Shown one piece after another: positions 13,760-26,899 of a DNA stretch of 64,000 nucleotides. Positions within the stretch are counted from its first letter, which is position 1; every line of letters begins with the position of its first letter. Below the pieces are notes generated by a model. The model was not told the origin of the DNA and made no database searches. It saw nothing but the letters and a program-made list of their open reading frames with translations. Both the position numbers and the translations under genes were made by a program. The stretch lies in the NCBI RefSeq assembly GCF_964194025.1, contig NC_134479.1, positions 1,736,001-1,800,000 of the forward strand, written 5' to 3'. The stretch is from Convolutriloba macropyga. Lineage: Eukaryota.

Positions 13760-15852
13760 TCCTACTCTTACTTCATGAACATCAAGTAAGAGTTTAGCAG
13801 GGGATAGTATTCAGTTCGGTTGTGCTAGTCGGATGCGGGCAATCCGTGGCAGCGTTTGTTCTTCTGCTATCTTTGTTGGAGGTGTACCTAGTTGCTTGCT
13901 GTCTTTGTTCCACTGAGTATGTACCGTGTGTCGGTGGATACGTTTAAGCGCACTTTTCAAAACTTTGCGATTTATTGTTTGTTATTATTTGTGTGTTGCT
14001 TCACGCGGTCCCTATAACTATTACTTTGTGTCGGTCTCATCGGACGAAAACTGGTAACTGGTTGAAGAGGTTGTTTCATGATCAGCACGATGACTCTGAT
14101 AACTGCAGGGTAGGAATTGCTCTGCTAACATTTCAGTGTGAGCTTTGACAGTTAGCATTTCACCCTCATTGTGTATGTCATTGATGTCAGTCATTTTTAC
14201 ACAGCCAGTAACTGTTCGATAAGCAAAGTTTTGTTGCGTTTGCAGATGGTTTGTTTTTATTGCTGATTGTGGAAGCCCAAATGAGAGCACCATAGTTCAG
14301 GACACTCCAACCAATAGCTTTGTAAGGCACTGAGAGTCTCCTTTGAGCAGCCCCAATCGCTACCGGCAATCTTTTTCAGTAAGTTATCGCGCTTTTGTAA
14401 TTTCTCTTTGGTGTTTTTTTTACATATTCTCCAATAATGAGCACACTATCGAAGAGAACACCAAGTACTTTGACTTTGGACTCTCCTGGTATTGGTGAAT
14501 TGTTGACAGTGAGGTGTGGGTCACTTGGGTAACTTTTCATGATTCTAGCCAGTCGTGTAAAATAATTAGGTATGGAGTTATTGTCACATAATTTTTCAAC
14601 CTGTGGGTGAGATGTAATTAAAGTTGTACCATCAGCGTAAAACGCGATGTTTATAAAATTCGGGGGTAGAGGAAGTTTGTTCATGTCGGTGTTGAAGAGC
14701 ATTGGCGATAATACGCCACCTTGGGGGACACCGTTTGACTTTTCTCCACTTTGATTTTTTATTATATTCTACTTAAGAAAATCTGCCCTGTAAGTATGAA
14801 GCGACCCATCTAGTGCTGTTTGGTATTGGTGCCTCGAGTATGTTTCTTAGTAGTAGGTTGTGATCAACCGTGTGGAAAGCGGCGGTGAGGTCTAAGGATA
14901 CTAGCAGAGTACGGTTGCAGGGTTTCTTTTGATTAAGGCCTTTTTGTATATTGTTGGTGACAATGGAGAGAGCTGTTGATGTGGAGTGCTCAGGTCTAAT
15001 ACCATGCTGATGTTCTTTTAGTGGATATTCTATAAAGTCACTCAGTAGGAGTTTTTCTGTTAGTTTTGCAATTGAGGAGAGGAGTGCAATTGGCATGAAG
15101 CCATAAGATTCGTCTATGGGTTTTCCCGGCTTGTGTAGGGGTGTAATCAGGCCATCTTTCCAATGTTCGAAATTTTTTGCACTGTTTACAGAAAGGGTTA
15201 TGGTGTCAGTGAGGTATCTCAGTGCTATGGGGCCTAGATGGTATAAGTGGATTGGCGCTATTCTATCTGAGACCAGCGCCTTACTTTTCTTAGTGGCTCT
15301 TACAGCTTCTTTCACTGTGTTGCACTTAAACATTCTGCCCTCTATTTCCAGTTTTCTTATTGTACTTAATGTATTTCTTTTCTGGTTTTCATTTTTCGTG
15401 GGGTACGGAGTGTATTGTTGGTTAAACTTGTTGACGCATGTCCTTGGATCATGGCGAGGAGTGGTTTTCTTAGCGTCAAAGTATAGGGCTCTGTTTGCAG
15501 GTGGTTTAGCGTTACTTGACGAAAGTCGTTTTACTGTGCTCCAGAGTTTAGAGCAGTTACCTCTGTGAGTGAGTGTTTGTACAAACTCGATCCACTTCTT
15601 GTGCTTTTGATTTTGAACAAGCTTGTTTATATCAAGGTTTAGTTGCATTATTTTGGGGTCCCCAGGATGTTTTCTTTGAATTTCATTTCTCTTTTCAGAA
15701 AGCTTTACTGCTTCGCTGAGAAAGATGGCAACCACTTTTTTAAATTCTTTCTTGTGGGATATGCCTGCCAGCCGCTGCATTTATGGCTTTCCTTAAGGTC
15801 TTTTCCGCGTGGCAGACATTTGTTGCCCTTCGTTGTTTCTTCAGTTTTAATT
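13760..15852 (-). mobile_element. Decayed 5'-truncated non-LTR retrotransposon (LINE; RT and C-terminal region) in a cyclase intron
   Basis: ORFs 14773-15780 and 14376-14702 plus adjacent frames give WKxGLITPLHKPGK, PIALLSSIAKLTEK, QHGIRPEHST, LDLTAAFHTVDH, GVPQGGVLSPMLFN, FYADG (degenerate YADD), KVLGVLFD, and C-terminal TLPRIARIRLAQ..YPLLNSYL near 13790-13860. Multiple frameshifts. Confidence 0.9.
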
Positions 15853-15958
15853 CAATGTCATCTTTAAAACTTGTCCACAGACATTGAAAGTAAGTTTAAA
15901 GTCGCAATGTCATCTTTAAAACTTGTCCACAGACATTGAAACTAAGTTTAAAGTCGCA
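15853..15958. repeat. 52 bp direct tandem duplication at the 5' junction of the LINE
   Basis: CAATGTCATCTTTAAAACTTGTCCACAGACATTGAAA(G/C)TAAGTTTAAAGTCG at 15853 and 15905, one mismatch. Confidence 0.95.
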
Positions 15959-16040
15959 GAGCCTGTTGACAGCATGTGGAGTGGATCCAAAAGTTTAAGC
16001 CATGAAGTGGCTGTTGTGAGTGAATAATGGTAGCACATAC

Positions 16041-16188
16041 TTGATATGAGTGTCTCGTTGGATGCATTTCCCTCTGGCCCTCCTGCACCCTTCATGGCCG
16101 GAGTGAGAGACGATTTCCACTCGGTGAAGTCCAGCTCGTCTGTCTTGATCTTCCACACCATCTTCATCAACTCCTCCTCCATTTTCAC
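16041..16188 (-). CDS. Receptor guanylyl cyclase exon: cytoplasmic juxtamembrane segment
   Basis: Acceptor TTTGCAG|GTG. YRK-VKMEEELMKMVWKIKTDEL matches the rGC signature YRKxxLExELxxxxWxIxxxD/E. Donor TCAA|GTATGT, phase 1. Confidence 0.9.
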
Positions 16189-16418
16189 CTGCAAACACAC
16201 ATGTTATAACTCAACTAACTAACTAACTATCTAACAAACTAACGCATATTCACAGTTTCCCTCACATTGTCTAACCAATGCATAGCTCAATACACAAATG
16301 CCATACGACCCAAGTAAGATCTCAGTTCTGCCTTAATTATAAATGGAGGAATATCGTTAAATAGTCTTCTGATTCTGGGAAATAAGAGAGTAAATGGGAT
16401 AGAGAGGGGAGGGGATAC

Positions 16419-16594
16419 CTTTCTGTAGACGAGGAATCCCACGATGAGAATGATGATCATGAGGACACTGACTCCGATGCTGACAAAAGTAACCAAGTAC
16501 TTGAGTGTGTCTGGTTTCCTGCAGAACTCATTCGTGTATCCACAATCCGGCGGGTTTTTCGGCGCAACCCCAGATAACCAGAGCACACCAACTC
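16419..16594 (-). CDS. Receptor guanylyl cyclase exon: juxtamembrane Cys pair and transmembrane helix
   Basis: Acceptor CTTTAG|GA (phase 1, completes Gly). WLSGVAPKNPPDCGYTNEFC resembles NPR W.GG.PP.D.P.CGF....C. TM LVTFVSIGVSVLMIIILIVGFLVY followed by RK. Donor AAG|GTATCC, phase 0. Confidence 0.92.
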
Positions 16595-17273
16595 CTAAAG
16601 CAAACCAGTTAGTCAATCGACAAATCCAAATCGACAAAACACAATCAATACATTGCACTGACATTTTAACTGATTAGCCAGTCACCCGGACCTAATTGAA
16701 AAATCGTGCATTACAATTCCATCCTTTAGAGTTATGTTAGAACGCTAGTCTTCTTAAGAGTGATAGAGCATTTGAAATTGGACACGATTAACTCACAGAC
16801 CAACTTTGGTGGCATCTCAAGGACACAAAGTAATGAAGCAAGTTCTGGTAATAAGTATGAACTCCAATCCAGAGATCATTTCGGTCATCTGCTGTTCACT
16901 ATTCAAACACTTCAACTGTTAATAGTGTAACCCAACTAATCACGACAGTGTCTATAGACAAGTGGTCACAATTAGAGCACACAATTAGAGTAAGTCTTAT
17001 ATACACACAATATCAACTGCCCACAAATGCTCAATACAATAATCAACCCATCAGAGTTCCAATACAATTGCACAAAGCTTCACAGAGCTGAGTAATACTT
17101 CCGACAGCCCATTTAAAAAACAATTTAATCTAAATTTAAAAAAGCTACAAAAAGCAGGAAGTGATGAATGTATGAGGAGTGATGAGGTTGACTGGAGAAA
17201 TCTATGTTTAGAAATATCACTGAAGCAAAACAAACATTACTAAAACGGACATGAATTAACAATCAGAATTAAC

Positions 17274-17743
17274 ACATAGCCGGCAGACTGCCGGAATAGC
17301 TGCGAAATAAACTTGCGTGCCATAAAATACAGATAAAAACAAATAAAGAAATTCAGCTTGAAATAGTGGCTGAAAACGTGAAGCGAAAGAATGTTCTAGA
17401 AAAAACGAAAAACAGTTTCAGACGAAACAAAAAACATAGCAGGACAAGTCCTAACCTACAATTCGAATGATTTTCATTAACTTAACAAAAAAAATTGAAA
17501 AAAGAAAAACAGTAAATCTCAAGGTCAAAACTCCGGATGTGAAAAAAACCACCACGCTTTGTTGCTCCACTTTCTGTATTGGCGAGACCAACATCATCGC
17601 TTCAATTTGACTTCAAAAATCATGAAAATGTGTGAAAAGAACTTCAAAAAAGACAGCGCCCCAATACAATTCAAATTCTTTGAACTGTAAAAAACCAAGA
17701 GCACCGCAATATAGCTCCGCTTAGCTTACAGCTTCGCAGCTAT
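17274..17743 (-). mobile_element. Internally deleted F1 (body C, cap c) with nested deleted F3 (17432-17690)
   Basis: ATAGCTGCGAA / TTCGCAGCTAT subTIR pair; F3 ends inside. Confidence 0.65.
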
Positions 17744-17799
17744 GGAAACAACCGAAAAAATTGCTTGATCCACATCAATGCGACGAATTTTCAAAACAA

Positions 17800-18219
17800 A
17801 ACATAACCGACTAAACGTCGGAAGAATTGCTCTCGAACGACTAGTGAGAGCTCTAATCAATTGCAGCCTGCTTCAGTCGGGGGTGGGGGGGGGGGCCTAA
17901 ATGGGACTAAGAAGTTCAATAAAGGGCTTCAAATAACCACATTAGAGGTTAACATATACTACTATTAGGATTTAAAGTAAAAGAAATGGCGCCAGTTTCA
18001 TTTGACTTTTAGTATTAAATTGCCGGCAATTGAATTATAAGCTTTTAATTGAATTGCCGGCTTGAAATTGTGATTGAGAGAGAATTTTAGATAACGCGAA
18101 ACGCAAAAAGTCAAGGGCGTAAAAGTCACTCGAAAAGTCAAAATTGTCCAGCAAAAATTTTGCAAAAAAGACACATACGTTTACAATAATTGCTATGAAC
18201 TTCGTTCAAGAGCAATTAA
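17800..18219 (-). mobile_element. Helentron-like family F2 element
   Basis: ACATAACCGACTAAACGTCGGAAGAATTGCTCTCGAACG ... CGTTCAAGAGCAATTAA; homologous to 20925-21309. Confidence 0.72.
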
Positions 18220-19205
18220 AAGGAAACTGTAGAAAAATTCTTGTAGCCGCCTTTGAAAGCGATTGATCTTCTTTACTCTTGGATCGGTTTAGATAGAATA
18301 TCCGTAAGTGACCTTAACCTGCGCTTAGAATAAGTCATTTAGAGAACTAAACCATTAGTTATTCAAAAAACTAAACATACGCTACAGATTGCCGGAAAAT
18401 AGCCGGATTCAGTCTATAACTCCAATTAAGATTGACAGAACGGAAGAAAAGGAAAACAAAAAGGAAATTGCTCTACGAACCTCTATTTTAATTTGATCTC
18501 GCTATTGACACATCTGCTTCATGGTGTGAGAATACAAGGGCCAATATTGAAACCAATAAGCATTAGAAATGGTAACTAAGACTAAGAACGAAGTTCAGGT
18601 TCTGGGTATCTAAAATTGGGCTTTATGGGTTCATCCAGATTCTATTTTGATTTTGTTTTCCTACACTGATTCTGTTCAAGCACTTTGAGATTAATAAAAC
18701 TAGCATAGAGAAGTCAAAAGGATTTTACGCAAAAACCAGAAAAGTGAGGTACAGCGAAAAAAAGTTTCTGCTCGAAAAAGTAAAAAAAAAACATCGGACA
18801 AGTCGTGAGTTGCTGTCCATCCAAAGAATTGAAAACAACCTGAAAATTCTTCAAATGACTAATAGAAGAATTGGATAACAAAAGCCAAACAAGAAACTTC
18901 CACATAATTTGACAATTATCAGAACAATTTGAGTTCCAGATACTTTTGTTGTTAACGCAAGGGGAACCTAAATATAAAAATTTAAAAAATAAATTAAAAA
19001 GCAACACACCTTGGCACTTCACAGATACCTTTTTCGTTAACAAACAAGCAGAAGCAACTGCAAAAAGTGATTTTTTTGCGAAAGCGAGCTTAATTAGATC
19101 TCTAATATTCTTAATGTTACTGTTTTCAGAAAAACTTGTGCTGTTAAAAATTATTTTCACTAAAAAAGTTTAAAGATAGTAGTCAGAAAAAAAATAATCT
19201 TAAAA

Positions 19206-19267
19206 CACACAGGCGTCAACCACTGACCTCAAGGTAGGCAGTTTCAAGGCTTAACCACTCAGCCACG
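19206..19267 (-). mobile_element. tRNA-derived fragment (SINE head or tRNA pseudogene)
   Basis: Minus strand GTGGCTGAGTGGTTAAG (Pol III A box/D arm) and a degenerate B box GGTTGACGCC about 30 nt later; no complete cloverleaf. Confidence 0.5.
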
Positions 19268-20924
19268 ATTACTCTGATTTTTTGCTGGATTTGCATGAAA
19301 AAAAACCAACACGCCTAAATCTACGTTCGAGATCAATTAAAAAGCAAAGAACAACGAAATATGAAGAAGCTAGAAATTTGTACAGTTTATTTCAAGGAAA
19401 AGTGCGCCGGTTATTTTTCACCTGCCTTCTCAATCTTTATCTGGATGAACGTTTTCATTACTAGTTCTGCTAGATCAACCACTCACCCGGTATGCGGCAG
19501 AGAAATATTATACAAAAAATATAAAACATATTATTTTTTTCATAAGTGCCATGTTTAGCCTCCTGATTCCATATTAGGAATCGATTAGAAAAAATAAAGC
19601 TAAAACAAGCATGAAATCCGAAGAAATATTTAAAAATAGTTGCAAAAACACAAAAATAGGCAAAGTTGCTTAAATTTACTCAATGTTCTTTGTAAAAAAA
19701 CAACAAATGAACAGTAAATTTTAACCACTCCAAATGCTATAAAAACTGAGGAGGAATGCAAAAACCGGTAAAAAGGCTCATAACGGGGAAAAAATGAAAA
19801 ACAGCTAAAAATTGAACCTTGAAGTGTTTTATTTACTTCAGATTATTAGAAATGCTTCTAAGCGCACCAATAATAGTTTGAATAATTGAAAGAAACCCCT
19901 TTTTACTAAAAGTGTTCAAGCTAAAACGGTAAAACTGCTTTGAAAGGACGCACATTATAAAAAAATGTTGCTGGCTTAAAATTTTTTTATATCGACTTTT
20001 CTCGCTCTCACAAAAAAACAGATAACAACTTCCTCTTCTCTCTTCTCCACAAGTTTCGCCAACAATTTGATCTGAGCCCTTTGCTTTAACGCAATTATTT
20101 TGCTGTTTCAAATATACTTCAACATAATTTCCCATAAAAAGACGCTCCATCAATACATCTACGAGTCGAACAAAACCAGCGCCCCCATGCAATTCAAATT
20201 CTTTGAACTGTTAAATTGGGGCCGCGCTAATAGCCGGCTGAGAAAATAAGGGCGATATAATTTATTGCTGCCTCTATTAGCTGCTCTCATATAACCTCAT
20301 AAAACTCATTCAATTGACCTTATCTTTGAATTAAAGTGAACCAAAATCAATTTCAAAGTGAAAAAGTCATTCTTGAGAGTGAGGTGACTCACGTGTAACC
20401 AAAAAGTTAATCATGCGAATGACCAAAAAACACTGAGTGAAAAATGACGTCATGCACGCAGCAGATTTGAAGTGATTGTGCGTCATTTGAACGTCAAAAA
20501 TCTTGACGGCAAAATTTAGAAACACCAAGAGAAGGCCAATAAAAGCTGCAGCTACCGCTTCGCGGCTATTAATTAAAAAAGATCTGTCTGAAATGCCACT
20601 CTTTGAAACTACTTTTTTACTGCTGAAATCAGTGACTGAAATCACCACTCAAATTGGACTTCTTGATTTCATCACCCTTTATCAAATTTGAAACTTCAGA
20701 CAATCTCCTGTTTCATAATGAGGGATACAATGGCTAGTATCAAAACCCATAAGCATCAAGAGTGCAACTAAGATATTTAAGAACAAAGTTCAAGTAGCGG
20801 CTATATGAAATTGGGCTTTAAATGTTTATCCCGCTTCTGTTCTTGACTTCCTTTCTATAAGTCAGCTCATACTAGATTGCGTTGCTGAACAACTGCTGAT
20901 TAAAAGCGCTTAAGAATAAGCGAT

Positions 20925-21309
20925 AACAACTGACTAAACGTCGGAATAATTGCTCTCGAACGACTAATGGGAGCTCTAATAAATTGCATCCTGCTTCAGC
21001 CGGAGGGGGGCAATGATATTAAGAAGTTCAATAAAGGGCTTCAAATAACCACAGAGATTAATATATACCACTATTAAGAGTTAAAGTGAAAAATGGCACC
21101 AGTTTTGGTGCACTTTTCATTTGACTTTGAGTATTCAATTGCCGTCAATTGAGTTCAGCTGCTTGAAACTGTGATTGAGAAGGAATTCTAGATCACGCAA
21201 AAAGTCAAAGGCGCAAAGTCACTCGAAAAGTCAAAACGGTCAAGCAAGAACTTTGCATTAAAGAAGACACACACATTTACAATAATTGCTTCTCTACGAG
21301 AGCAATTAA
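20925..21309 (-). mobile_element. Helentron-like family F2 element
   Basis: Co-linear homologue of 17800-18219 with the same ends. Confidence 0.68.
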
Positions 21310-24083
21310 AAACTAGCCTATAGGGAAAAAATTTGTACACAAAATATTAAACAAGCATGATTTACGGTAAATTTGTAATCGGCGAAGAAAAACCAACAGA
21401 CTCCGCAATCAACTTGAAGTAATTTCCACCTTACTCAACCACTACCTGATAAATTATTAGGTTCATTACAGCATTCAACAACAGAGGAAACAAATTATCA
21501 GGTTTAAGGCAATTATGAAAAAAATTTTCTTGGGAACTTTTTAATAGATTCTCTGATAAGATTTAATTGTGCTGAACAAAAGAATTTAAACTGATGAGAA
21601 AAAATAACTAACGGTACATCTCGAAACCGGGCAAAACGAAAAGAAAGTAAGATCAATATTCTGTAAAATAACCAGCCCAAAATCTGTTTTCAAAACACCT
21701 TATTTATTTTATAGTACCCTGTACCATCAAACTTTTAATTGCTTTCACTTAGTAACAAAAAATACTACAAAACCTAAATAAACAAGTGAGCATAGAAAAT
21801 ATTTTGAAAGTTAGAAAGACTTAAGAGATAGGCAAAACTTCAAAAAGAAAAAAATGTCTATAAAAAGCCCATTTTCTTCTGCTAAAACAAACTTAAATTA
21901 TTATTAACTAAATCAATGACCACAGACAACGACATAAATACTGATTTCATATAAAAATTACCCAAGACATAAAAAAAGCCGAAAAAAAGTACAAGAAAAC
22001 AAAAAGCCCCAAACAGGTCAAAAGCGGCGAGCTCACAAACATAGCCAGCAGATCGCCGGAATAGCAGCGAAAGAATAGACTTGCGTGCCGCCTATTAGAA
22101 ATAGAAACAGATACAGGTCTAAATTTAAAAAATCGACACCGCTCAAAAAGCTAGGTAAAAAAATTCAGCAATAAATTAATGAAGCTTGTTAAAATTCATT
22201 CTGCAGAAGCCTTTTATTAGGGACCTTTACTGCACATATAAGTTCCTTTGACCTTAAACTAATTCAAACTAAACTTAAGTGCAAAAGTCATTTTATTGAT
22301 TGAGGTAAGTCACATATGACCAAATTCTAATCACGCAAGTGATCTTAAAACCTTTGCAAGTGAGAGAATGAGAAATGACGTCACGCACGCAAACGCCGTT
22401 AGTGAGAGGAAGAAGTCGTTCAGAAAATTTGACTTTTTCAGCTTTGCTGTGTGAACAAATGTAATACGAAAAAGAGCGTCTGACGACGAAACAAAAGACA
22501 TAGCCGGAAGAATTCCGGAAGCAACTCAAGACTTCACAAGAAAACGTAATTGCAATTGAAGCCATTGCCTTTTGTATTAATCCATTAACTCATTACCTCC
22601 CCAAGTCTGATCTAAAAAATGGTGGAACTTTAACCACGGTCACCAAGAGAAACAAAATGCAGCAAAATTTTTTATTGAAAACGTTTCGTAACGTTAAAAA
22701 ATCCGAAATAATAAGGATGGTCAAAATACTGATAGGCTGAAAAAGCTCATAGGGCTACGAATTGCTCTAAAAAATTCATGATTCTAATCTCGAAAAGATC
22801 AAGAAAGCAAACGGCAGATAATGATCTTAGAAACTAAATTAATTTTCCAAAAGAGTGCTCAAATTAAGGAAAGAAACATCTACTACAAAAAGATTTCTAA
22901 TCACTGCAATTAAGACAAAAACAACACAAAGCTCTTCCCCGTTGTATATATGCTCGAGAACATGATTTCATTTATTCAAAAACAAAATTGATCATAGAAA
23001 AGAGAAAACAACAGAATAAAATTCAAATGCAAAGAGTCGTTTAGAAACAATAGCAAGGCCGGAAGAAAATATCGAAAAATACTAAGTGGAAATTTTAGAG
23101 AAGGCTTTCTAGCAAACTCTCAGTACTGCCACATGTTGAATGAAACCAATTGCAAACCAAAGAAATGGCGAAAACCTAATAAAAAGCTGAAATCATGCAA
23201 TTTTCTAGAAACTGAGAAACTCAATAATAAAACAAATATATTTGTAGGTGCCATGACAAAGCTAAAATGATACAAACAATAATGTGAAGAATATAGACAT
23301 AATGTAAGGAACACCGTAACAAAAGACAATCTTGATTTTTGAAAATTAAAAATCAAATTAAAAAATAAAAACGAATCACTTCCATTGTTCAGCATTCGAG
23401 ACATAGAAACGACAACGAGTCATCGGAGACAAAAATCCATTTTCCTGAACATAACAAAAAAGAAAAAGCAGAATTCAAACATATGAAAAATGGAAACATT
23501 TTGCAAAAAAAGTCAAAAAACTTTTAAGACCACATTTATGAAAAAAATTTTAACTGTTTTTCAAAAACTTAAGGCCCAAAACCAATGAATTCTTACTGAA
23601 ACAAAATTAAAGTCCCTCATGTTGCACAAAAAGATTATTTCTAGTAATTAAAACCAAAATACAAACAAAAAACTGATACAATTGGAAAAAGTACTACCAA
23701 AATCGGATTAGCATAAGTACAATTCTATAAAACACAATTACATCGAGGTAAAAATAGGCGTTGAGTATATGAATATCAAAGGGGAGTTGCCATATTTACT
23801 GATTTTTGACAAAAAAGACAGCTGAAAGATCCAAAAATGAAAAAATTAATTAAAAAAAAAGGCAAAAGTTAACTAAAAAATCAAGAAATATGTGCCAATT
23901 TAGAACTTCAAAAGCATTTTCAGGACTTGAAACACTGTGTCATCAATTTCGCAGTTTTACATTTCAATATAGCATCGAATAAAAAAAATTCTACAGAAAC
24001 AAATTATAAGCAAAAAACTAGGCCACTTCGACGAAAAAAATGCTAAAAACGGCCATTCAGTCAGAAACTCCTTTTCAAAGTCA

Positions 24084-24599
24084 AACATACCCGGCAAATT
24101 GTCGGAAAATAGCCGCCGTTGATTCCGATAAGCATGATTGGGATTGAACGAATAGAAGACATTGAAAAAAAAATTTTGTAGAAAATCAATTTTAAGTCCG
24201 ATTTATTTTGATGGCATTTCGTAGTTCAACATATTTCTGTTTCTTAGAGAGAGGCTACTATCAATACCAATAAGCATAAGAGATGGTGCCCAAGACTTAT
24301 AGGAACGACGTTCAAATAGCGGGCATCTAAAATTGGCCCTATGGATTTATCCCGTTTCTATTTCTGACTTCAATTTTTTATACTGACTCTGTTCATTTTG
24401 AATTGCTTTGCTGAGCAACTGATGTTCAAATTCACTTTTAGCAGAATGAGAGAAGAGAGAAACGAGCCTAGAGAAGTCAAAAAGATTTCACGCAAAATGT
24501 CGAAAAAGCGGCAAAATGGTAAAGCGAAAAAAAGTTTGACGAAGTAAAAAAAATAGGAGCGCTATAATAGCCGGCTGAGAAGATGAGGGCGGCTATTAA
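24084..24599 (-). mobile_element. Helentron-like F1 element (body A, cap b)
   Basis: Full-length homologue of 11926-12457. Confidence 0.78.
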
Positions 24600-25347
24600 A
24601 AAGTCATTCAGTAAACGCAGCGCATGATCAAAAAATTTCTCTCGCTCAGAAAAAATTAGTTTACACGGCAATTTTACTCACTTTCGCATTTAGGTCAAAA
24701 CAGCGTCTGAGCGAATAGTACTTACGGTAAAAAAAAAACCAAAAGAAAACAAATAATCCTCTTCGAGTCGTAAAAAAACCAAGAGCACCGCAATATAGCT
24801 CCGCTCAGCTTACAGCTCCGCAGCTATAAAAACAGCTCAAGATTGCATATAAAACTCTGATATATGCTTGAGATAGTCGAATATGGTCTAATCGTAAAGT
24901 TCCTTGTTAATACGCTTTAGACAAACCACTTCACCCCAAAAATTAAGTTAAAACTGCTTCGAAAAAGCAGCGCGTGATAAAAAAATGTCACTCATTTAGG
25001 GAAATTTTCTTCACAACTACTTTTCTCGCTTTCTCTCTCAAAAACGCGGCATGAACAAAAAATCGCTGTCTTCTTTCTGCTCTTCAATTGGATAACTTCA
25101 AAAAATTATCGATAAAAAAGCACTATACCAATGCTCCTCTTCGCGTCGTAAAAATTAGGGCCACTATAAAGACGGCTGAGAAGATGAGGGTAGCTATTAA
25201 TAAAGACTTTGCTCAACTTCGTTTCGCGGCCCCTAAAACATTTTACATTTTAGTCATCACACAAAAATCGAACAGCGCATTCCAATGTTTATATGGGTGG
25301 GTTATGTAGGGTGTGATGTGTAAATGAGGTAGTGGTATTGGTGGTAC

Positions 25348-26440
25348 CTGTAGTAGTGTTGGATCCGTCCACATTGTATGTGATGTGGACAGTGAAGTTG
25401 CCAGAGTTGAGGTCCTCCATCCGTAACACATTCATGCGCCCCACTCTCTGTCCAAAGGCGTTGAAGGTCACGTTTGCATTGGTTGCGAACTTGGGGTCAT
25501 GGAAGGTCTTCTTCTTCACATAGGGGAACAGTTGGCCATACATATTAAGCTCCGATCCATTCTTCAGATCCTTCGTTACTGACTGGTTCATCGCTTCCAT
25601 GAGGAGTTTGATACCGTCGTGTGTTGCAGCCACGTACTGCAGATGTGCTGGTTTCTCTGGCAAAGAACAGTTTGCGAACGTACTTGCTTTGCAAGCTGCC
25701 GCGAACTCGTCTCGCAGACTCTCGTAGCGTGCTACGTCTCCCGCAAACAGATTCTCTTGTCTGAAAATGAGCACATGTCTGAAGATGGTCTTCAGTTTCT
25801 GGTTCACAGGATGGTTCTCACTCAAATTCGGATCTCGCCAAGGCTGGTTCTCAATATTTCCTCCAATCATGTAGTTGTTGTCCAAGTACATAATGACGTA
25901 CTCTTCGATGTTGAACTTCTTCTCAACAAAAACTGTGTATAGAAATTGGCGCAGAAACTCTGGCTGCAAACCAACAACTAGGACTCTAGTCCAGGTACTG
26001 AAGGCCAGATTCTGCTCATCAAGGGGTCCTAGTCTTTCAGTCAGGTTTTTCTCTATGACATGCGGAAGTCCAACTTGATAGGCTTCGACTCCCGTCTCAA
26101 CGACCAGTTTCCAGTCGTGGACAAAGGACCAAATGGTGGCGAGGTTGAGGTCGTCCCTCTTGTTGGAGGAGTGGTCATTTCTGTACACAGTTGCGATGTC
26201 CATCTTCCACCCAAAGTAGGCGAATGTCTGGTTGACGGCGTAGAACATGTCTGGTCTGTTGAGGTCTTCCTCTGTGGATGAAGAGGAGTCCGAGTCCTCA
26301 TCTGTGCTCGTGTCTCTCTTGTACTTCTTCAAATAGGCGTATGGGGGCATCAGGCGAACAGTGACCGGGTCAGCATTGGCGGTGCTGTGACATCCCACTG
26401 TCATTGAGTTGAGACCGTAGTGGCCAGACAAGGACGTCAC
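25348..26440 (-). CDS. Receptor guanylyl cyclase exon: main ANF-receptor (Venus-flytrap-like) extracellular domain
   Basis: Acceptor CCTCTAG|GTG at 26441/26440 joins GPMCTTLLPW to VTSLSGHYGLNSMTVGC. Motifs TVRLMPPY, YFGW, YVIMYLD, QPWR, AATHDGIKL, NVTFNAFGQR resemble NPR TRxxP, Y/FDAVxLY and GxVxIDxNGDR. Donor ACAG|GTACCA at 25348/25347, phase 1. Confidence 0.92.
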
Positions 26441-26899
26441 CTAGAGGCATCAAGTCATGCTATCAAAGAGCAAAGTTGCAAAATTTGAGTAGAGCTGTCA
26501 GGCTAAAATTGGGCAAGAGTTCCATCAAAAATGGTTACGGGCTCAATAAATCATCTATAGTGAAGTATAAAGAGAACAAAAGTAGTAGTCTCTTGTCAGC
26601 AACTTCACATCATATCATAATCCACTTTGTAGACTTGTAAAACAAAGTCCACATCTCTTTGTAGTGTGACTTACGGCTAGCTATATTATTGCAATGAATT
26701 TGTTGAAGTAAAGTTTCTCGCTGAATTAACTAACTACTTAGTAGCATAGCTTTTTGTCACGTAAATTATTCTTTTCGCGGTTACTATTGTGCTTGGACTG
26801 AGCGGTTTCACTTTTTTCTTCGGAGCAGGGTCGACAGCTATAAAGTTTTAAAGTTTTCTATTCGAAGAAAATATTTCAATCTAAGACTGAATTTTCTGA

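Noticed and set aside
15116-15568. 150 aa plus-strand ORF (also 16444-16677 and 25619-25942)
   Set aside because: Antisense shadows of the LINE ORF or the cyclase exons.
19206-19267. Functional tRNA gene
   Set aside because: B box is degenerate, and acceptor and anticodon stems do not pair convincingly.
26594-26836. TGTC...GACA segment as the 3' LTR of the env element
   Set aside because: No adjacent polypurine tract, no TSD and no matching 5' LTR near 33500.
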